Positions 59,346 through 64,000 of a stretch of 64,000 nt of DNA are shown piece by piece (position 1 is the first letter of the stretch; the number at the start of each line of letters is the position of its first letter). Location: contig CALEGE010000002.1 of NCBI GenBank assembly GCA_937877025.1, positions 41,189-105,188 on the forward strand, written 5' to 3'. The position numbers were made by a program, and so were the translations under genes. The notes under the pieces were generated by a model. That model saw nothing but the letters and a program-made list of their open reading frames with translations, did not search any database and was not told where the DNA came from. This DNA comes from an uncultured Spirochaetia bacterium (GTDB lineage: Bacteria > Spirochaetota > UBA4802 > UBA5368).

Positions 59346-60002
59346 CTATTTTTCCTTTTCCTTGGATGAATAAATTCTGTTCTGATTGTCGATCATATCT
59401 TTCTTGAATTTATCCGGAACCGGCTGGCCGATTGTTTCATAGAACTTGAAGCAATTTTCCTTTGCCCGCCTGAAATAATATATCGAATCAACCGGTTTTG
59501 AGCGGACAAGATAATCATTTGCCTTTCGTATGCCAAAACCCGCATTGGTGATGAGCAAGTCGGCGGTGGGATTGGTTTTTTCGCCCTTCAGCGATAACGT
59601 GATATTATTTCGCACGTGCGTTTTGATCAGCTCAGTATGCAGGGCTTCGGATTCCTCTTTATATTTCTGAGCGATTTTAGCCGCGACGGTGTTAATGTTT
59701 CGTTCATTTTTCGTAAAAAGATTAGCCGATTCGATCATGCTTTCCCTGAAATACAGGGCGCTGGCTTCGGCGTATTCATTGACAAGGCCGTCAAATTCCG
59801 CCTCTCCGCCGCCGAAGTTGATAATTGCCGCATGGAGAAGTTTGATATTCTTGAAGTTATCGTAACTGGCCCTTTTGATTACCGATACCGGATCGTACAG
59901 TTCGTTGAATTCTTTTTTTGGCTCCGCCTCCTGAGCGTGCAGAACTGTTGACGCAAATAAAATAAGCAGGAAAATGACGCCTCTTCGCAATCCCTTTGCC
60001 AT
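59346..60002 (-). CDS. Hypothetical secreted protein (218 aa)
   Basis: Signal peptide MAKGLRRGVIFLLILFASTVLHAQ; no motif. Confidence 0.5.
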   Translation of the reverse strand: MAKGLRRGVIFLLILFASTVLHAQEAEPKKEFNELYDPVSVIKRASYDNFKNIKLLHAAIINFGGGEAEFDGLVNEYAEASALYFRESMIESANLFTKNERNINTVAAKIAQKYKEESEALHTELIKTHVRNNITLSLKGEKTNPTADLLITNAGFGIRKANDYLVRSKPVDSIYYFRRAKENCFKFYETIGQPVPDKFKKDMIDNQNRIYSSKEKEK

Positions 60003-60150
60003 TATTGTACTCCATACTATTAGATAGTTATATGCGTTGGAAAGCTCTATTTATTGTTGTAATACTACAACGGCGGGTTGCTGAAGTCAAGACAAATGTT
60101 GGCGCGCTGAAATGAATAAAGGGTCCACACGGGACCTACCTGCACGAGCT

Positions 60151-60342
60151 TCATCCTCCTGGACGCGGTGTGGAACAGCTCTGGCAGCCGCTTCCGCTCG
60201 TGCTTCCCGCGAAAAGGGAGAAAATTTTTTCTGTGTTGTTCGACGCGCATGCGGAACAGACAGCCGGCGAAAAATCACCGATTTTTCTCAGTTCGCCGGT
60301 TACCGTGCCGCACTCTTTGCATTTGAATTCATACACTGGCAT
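60151..60342 (-). CDS. FmdB-family zinc-ribbon regulatory protein
   Basis: MPVYEFKCKECG start, the canonical FmdB N-terminus, and a second CxxC pair (CSAC). Confidence 0.65.
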   Translation of the reverse strand: MPVYEFKCKECGTVTGELRKIGDFSPAVCSACASNNTEKIFSLFAGSTSGSGCQSCSTPRPGG

Positions 60343-60532
60343 GTGTGTGCTCCAAGGATTTGATATAATTACCATTCCGCATGAGAGTATTTTGTCAAAG
60401 TATAAAGTATACCCGATACAAAATCATTTCAAAAATTATTTAGTTATTGCATTAAATGCGGATGCGGGAATGTGATTGGGAATGGATTTTTATATTTCAC
60501 GCAATGCGCACTGACTGTAGATGGGATATCAG

Positions 60533-61285
60533 ATGAATATTTTGCTGACAAATGATGATGGCGTCAATGCCGCGGGAATAGGCGCTCTGTACGATGTGCT
60601 GTCGGAAAATCATGCTGTTTTTATAATTGCTCCCGATGAGGAGCGAAGCGCGTGTTCAAATGCGATAACGGTACGAAGAAATCTTCGGATAAATACGGTT
60701 TCCGGCAATAAATACTCCGTTGACGGCCTTCCGGCGGATTGTGTCAATATTGGCCTGAACGGCGGCCTGCTTCCTGAAATCGATCTCGTTATATCGGGTA
60801 TCAATCACGGGCCGAACCTTGGGGATGATGTTCATTTTTCAGGCACCGTTGGGGGCGCGCGGACAGCGCTGATTTTCGGTGTGACAGGCATTGCCGTATC
60901 TCTTGATTGCCTCGGTACGTCCGATTACTTTATCGACACAGCGCTGTTTGTTCGCGAATTTATTAAGGATTATAAGCGGATAGAACGAATTTCGCATATC
61001 TGTCTTAATATCAACTATCCCGATCTTCCCAAAAGCCAGGTCAACGGATTCAAGTATACGACGCTTGGGAAAAGGGAATATCGTGATTCGTACAGGATGC
61101 TTTCGCGCAATTCAGAAACGATGCAGCTTCAATTGAACGGAACAATACATTCTGTAGGGCGCGAAGGTTCCGATGTGCATGAGCTGAGAAATGGCTATAT
61201 TTCCATAACGCCGTTACAACTGGATTGCACCGATTATACATATCTTTCCAGGCTGCCGAAGGCGGAAGAGTCATGGCTGAAGTAG
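60533..61285 (+). CDS. surE: 5'/3'-nucleotidase SurE
   Basis: MNILLTNDDGVNAAGI N-terminal DDG metal site; conserved SurE blocks (GINHGPNLGDDV, SGTVGGA). Confidence 0.88.
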   Translation: MNILLTNDDGVNAAGIGALYDVLSENHAVFIIAPDEERSACSNAITVRRNLRINTVSGNKYSVDGLPADCVNIGLNGGLLPEIDLVISGINHGPNLGDDVHFSGTVGGARTALIFGVTGIAVSLDCLGTSDYFIDTALFVREFIKDYKRIERISHICLNINYPDLPKSQVNGFKYTTLGKREYRDSYRMLSRNSETMQLQLNGTIHSVGREGSDVHELRNGYISITPLQLDCTDYTYLSRLPKAEESWLK

Positions 61286-61965
61286 ATTTGAATAGCAAAA
61301 TACGGGGATTTCTGGATTCGGCGGCTCGCAAGGGCCGCAGCGATAATTATGCCGAAGCGCTCGATGAATTGAAAGCGGCCGAGGCGCTTGATCGGAGCAA
61401 TCCCGTAATCATGTATAATCTGGGCGTATGTTATTCTCGAACCGGGCAGTATAAGATGGCAGGAGAATACTTTACACGGCTCATGGCTCAGCCGACGACA
61501 TTCGTTGATATCGTCAAGGTGAAAAAGCTCCTTGCCTACTGCCTGATTATGCAGAAAGAATACAGTACGGCGATACATTACCTCGATGAATGCCTTGCGA
61601 TAGCAAAACGCGACACCACTGCGATGAACATGAAGGGGTATGCCCTTGATCGTACGGGCGAATATGCCAGGGCAGTCGAGATATACAAGGAAATACTATC
61701 CATTGATCCGGAAAATTATACCGCGTATAACTCGATGGCGTATATATTATTACGCACTGACGCTGATACAGCCCTTGCCATGCGGTATGCGAAAATTGCG
61801 CTGAATGCACAACCCGACAATGCGGCGTACCTTGACACCATGGGCGTTATATATATGAAAAAGGGCCAGAACGATATGGCGAAAAAGTTTTTTAAAAAGG
61901 CGCTCTCAATCCAACCCGATTCCGTTGAGATAAAAGAACATATCAGCCAGTTGCTGAAAATATAA
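61273..61965 (+). CDS. TPR-repeat protein
   Basis: At least 5 TPR units (AEALDELKAAEALD, YNLGVCYSRTGQYKMA, MNMKGYALDRTGEYARAVEIYKEIL...). Start at 61273 has a GGAAGAG RBS; the longer ORF from 61225 overlaps surE. Confidence 0.7.
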   Translation: MAEVDLNSKIRGFLDSAARKGRSDNYAEALDELKAAEALDRSNPVIMYNLGVCYSRTGQYKMAGEYFTRLMAQPTTFVDIVKVKKLLAYCLIMQKEYSTAIHYLDECLAIAKRDTTAMNMKGYALDRTGEYARAVEIYKEILSIDPENYTAYNSMAYILLRTDADTALAMRYAKIALNAQPDNAAYLDTMGVIYMKKGQNDMAKKFFKKALSIQPDSVEIKEHISQLLKI

Positions 61966-62105
61966 CCTGGCCGAAAAGGTATTCATGCGGCAATACGCCC
62001 GCACAGTTGATCGCATAAAAAAATCGTAATATATGAAATAATACTACAATTTTATAAAAATATGCCGATTGATTAATAGAGATTCCACGGAAGGAGGTAC
62101 ATGGT

Positions 62106-62354
62106 ATGGATACCAATATGATATACCTCGGAACAGCTCACTACACAAAGCCGGCATTTAGCGAGGATGCGGTGCGATTGCCGGCAGCGAGTGTTGAGAA
62201 TCATTCGGCGCCTGAAAAGCAGAAGTTCGACTACGACACGGTCATGATGGATCTGGAAGATGTAAAAAACTTTCTCTATATGCTGATCGGCGGCAGTCTG
62301 CTCCGGGTAAAAGACAGTGGAAATATCGGCGTTAATGTAAATAAAATCGCGTGA
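62106..62354 (+). CDS. Hypothetical small protein (82 aa)
   Basis: Strong GGAGG RBS 8 nt upstream of the ATG; followed by a stem-loop. Confidence 0.5.
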   Translation: MDTNMIYLGTAHYTKPAFSEDAVRLPAASVENHSAPEKQKFDYDTVMMDLEDVKNFLYMLIGGSLLRVKDSGNIGVNVNKIA

Positions 62355-62395
62355 TTAACTAAGCGCGGGACGTTTGCGCCGACGCAACCGCAGAC

Positions 62396-62430
62396 CAGAA
62401 ACCAGTGTAAAAATACTGGTTTCTGTTGTT
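62396..62430 (+). terminator. 11-bp perfect stem-loop (CAGAAACCAGT-8 nt-ACTGGTTTCTG) followed by TTGTT, possible terminator
   Basis: Perfect inverted repeat at 62396-62406 / 62415-62425, 41 nt after the stop of the 82-aa ORF. AU-rich stem and a weak T tract. Confidence 0.35.
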
Positions 62431-62771
62431 ATCTTACAATATTATGCAACCTTCCATTACAGGATAACTAAAATTATCATAAATTGTTGTTGACTTATAA
62501 TTACAGTACTTTTATTCTATTTATCTATAAAAATATTATTAATTACTAATTTATTCTTTTTTGTGACAGAAACGGTGTATGAATAAGGTCGTCCATTAAT
62601 CTACCGAACTGCCCCTGATCAAGAACGAATTAATGGGATTTTATTTTTACGATGGATGGGATGAAGCAAATCGTTTTTTTTGAATAGAAAAAATTTATAA
62701 TAAAGATTAAGAAAATTGAGGATTTTCTCGATAAAATATCGTACATAGCTATATTAAATGAATACTGTTAT

Positions 62772-62891
62772 ATGAGCAGGGAAATACAGGAACGAGCGGA
62801 TGCCGTTATACGGGAACTGAAAGAGGCGTTACGACCTCTTTCGGAGGAAATCAGGAAATTGAAAAAGCAAGAACTATTTCTGGAAGATTAA
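62772..62891 (+). CDS. Possible small ORF (39 aa, charged helical peptide) upstream of tetR
   Basis: MSREIQERADAVIRELKEALRPLSEEIRKLKKQELFLED. No convincing RBS; ends 46 nt before tetR. Confidence 0.2.
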   Translation: MSREIQERADAVIRELKEALRPLSEEIRKLKKQELFLED

Positions 62892-62937
62892 GGAAGCAGT
62901 ATCTGTTGCAAAATTTTTACTTGTACGAGGTGAAAGA

Positions 62938-63546
62938 ATGCCGGCAAAAGGACAGAAAAGAAAACAGCAGATTATCGATACAGCGAAAGAAATGTTCATT
63001 CAGAATGGCTTTCAGAGTACGCATATCGGACAGGTGTGCGAGAAATTAAATATAGCGCGCGGTACGGTGTACCAGTATTTTGGCAATAAAAGGGAGATCC
63101 TCTATGCCATTCTGGAATCTGTTGAAGAGAAGATTGATGACATCCTTGATCCCGACGATCTACGTGACTTTTTAAAGACGAATCCGGCGCAGAAGGCGGT
63201 GCTGAAATTTATATCTGACAGGCTTTCGGAATGCATACACGCGATTACAAGCGAACATATTATAATAAAGCTTGTGTACAAAGACATTGTCGGTATTGAC
63301 GAAGAGGTTGTTGCTCGCGTTTCGAAATTTCTCGAGTATATTTCGAAGGTTGTAACGCGCGACATGGATGAGATTAAAAAGAAAGGGGTTTATAAGAAGA
63401 CCATTGATCCCGAAGTAACGGCGATCATGCTGATCGGATCGGTAATGTACGCGGTATACGAATACGATCACAAGCAGAAAGACCTCCTTAACCGAGACAT
63501 AATTGAATCGATGGTTTCAAATTTTCTTTACGGCGTGCTCAAGTAA
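62938..63546 (+). CDS. TetR/AcrR family transcriptional regulator
   Basis: N-terminal HTH IIDTAKEMFIQNGFQSTHIGQVCEKLNIARGTVYQYFGNKREIL; GAGGTG RBS. Confidence 0.85.
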   Translation: MPAKGQKRKQQIIDTAKEMFIQNGFQSTHIGQVCEKLNIARGTVYQYFGNKREILYAILESVEEKIDDILDPDDLRDFLKTNPAQKAVLKFISDRLSECIHAITSEHIIIKLVYKDIVGIDEEVVARVSKFLEYISKVVTRDMDEIKKKGVYKKTIDPEVTAIMLIGSVMYAVYEYDHKQKDLLNRDIIESMVSNFLYGVLK

Positions 63547-63571
63547 ACAATTGCTCTCACATGTGAAACCC

Positions 63572-63598
63572 AAAACCCGGAGAATCTCCGGGTTTTTT
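63572..63598 (+). terminator. Rho-independent terminator after tetR (AAAACCCGGA-GAATC-TCCGGGTTTTTT)
   Basis: 6-bp GC stem extended by A/T pairs, followed by T6. Confidence 0.6.
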
Positions 63599-63696
63599 AT
63601 GTATTGACAATCGTGTTTTTCTGATGCCTTCTGCAAACGGGTGATGGTACATTGTATCGTCGTTCAGTTCAGGGATAACATGGACGGGCTGTGGGT

Positions 63697-64000
63697 ATGA
63701 AATCTTCCTTAACAAAAGTATTATTACTGTTGCTGCCTTTGCCGCTTGCTATAATGCTTGTCTGCCCGGCAATGTACGCGCGGGCTGAAACCGATACCGG
63801 GACGAAACTTATCGTCGATATAATTGACGGGAACGAAGTGGAGAGAAATAACGCGTACGGGGTTATTTCGAAAAAAACGCCCCTGGAGCTTGTTCCTTTT
63901 ATAATAAAAAATATTGAGGGAAAGAGAGACCTCGAAATCCAGAAACGGCTTCTCTTTGCGTTGAAACTTTATCCGGTGCGCGACACGTTCCCGCAGTGGC
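63697..64000 (+). CDS. Secreted hypothetical protein, N-terminal part (continues past window end)
   Basis: MKSSLTKVLLLLLPLPLAIMLVCPAMYARA signal peptide; open to the end of the window. Confidence 0.5.
   Translation, partial: MKSSLTKVLLLLLPLPLAIMLVCPAMYARAETDTGTKLIVDIIDGNEVERNNAYGVISKKTPLELVPFIIKNIEGKRDLEIQKRLLFALKLYPVRDTFPQW

Overview
This is a bacterial chromosomal window of about 50% GC, dense with protein-coding genes, that spans the replication origin. The core dnaA-dnaN-recF-DUF721-DUF370-gyrB-gyrA block sits at 31.9-40.8 kb, with AT-rich DnaA-box regions on both sides of dnaA and mnmG(gidA)-rsmG(gidB) about 8 kb to the left on the opposite strand. About 60 CDSs are supportable and no rRNA, tRNA, CRISPR array or obvious mobile element was found. 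The left arm carries the 5' end of leuS, a ClC chloride channel gene paired with a PTS-EIIA(Ntr)-like gene, cutA, a YeeE/YedE-TusA-cysteine desulfurase cluster, a tiny secreted CxxCH protein, a secreted HEXXH protein, an acetyl-CoA transferase/GNAT fusion, purD, a vWA-TM-FHA protein, mogA/moaB, an orphan hypA and an orphan gamma-class N6-adenine DNA methyltransferase. Between mnmG and the origin lie a macro-domain protein, pyrF, a REC-GGDEF-degenerate-EAL protein, a B12-binding radical SAM protein with a PC4-like partner, and a TPR protein. The right arm carries a SPOR protein, coaE, a DUF115/Maf-like protein, a TolB-propeller/OmpA protein, hisD, an MCP, a J-domain zinc-finger protein, a mannose-1-phosphate guanylyltransferase, an Slt-type lytic transglycosylase, FecR, HEAT and TPR proteins, surE and tetR. 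The gene repertoire (TPR, FecR, HEAT, vWA, GGDEF, MCP, OmpA with TolB repeats) together with the origin synteny would fit a Spirochaetota or Leptospiraceae-like genome of medium GC, but that is a guess from gene content only. I did not find a classical defence island. The most unusual things are the origin architecture with Bacillus-like accessory genes, the CoA-transferase/GNAT fusion, the ClC/EIIA pairing, the tiny CxxCH secreted protein, the orphan MTase and the rSAM/PC4-like pair. Gene starts were chosen by RBS and homology logic where the ORF track offered several alternatives; every product call comes from motif recognition in the translations, not from database searches.
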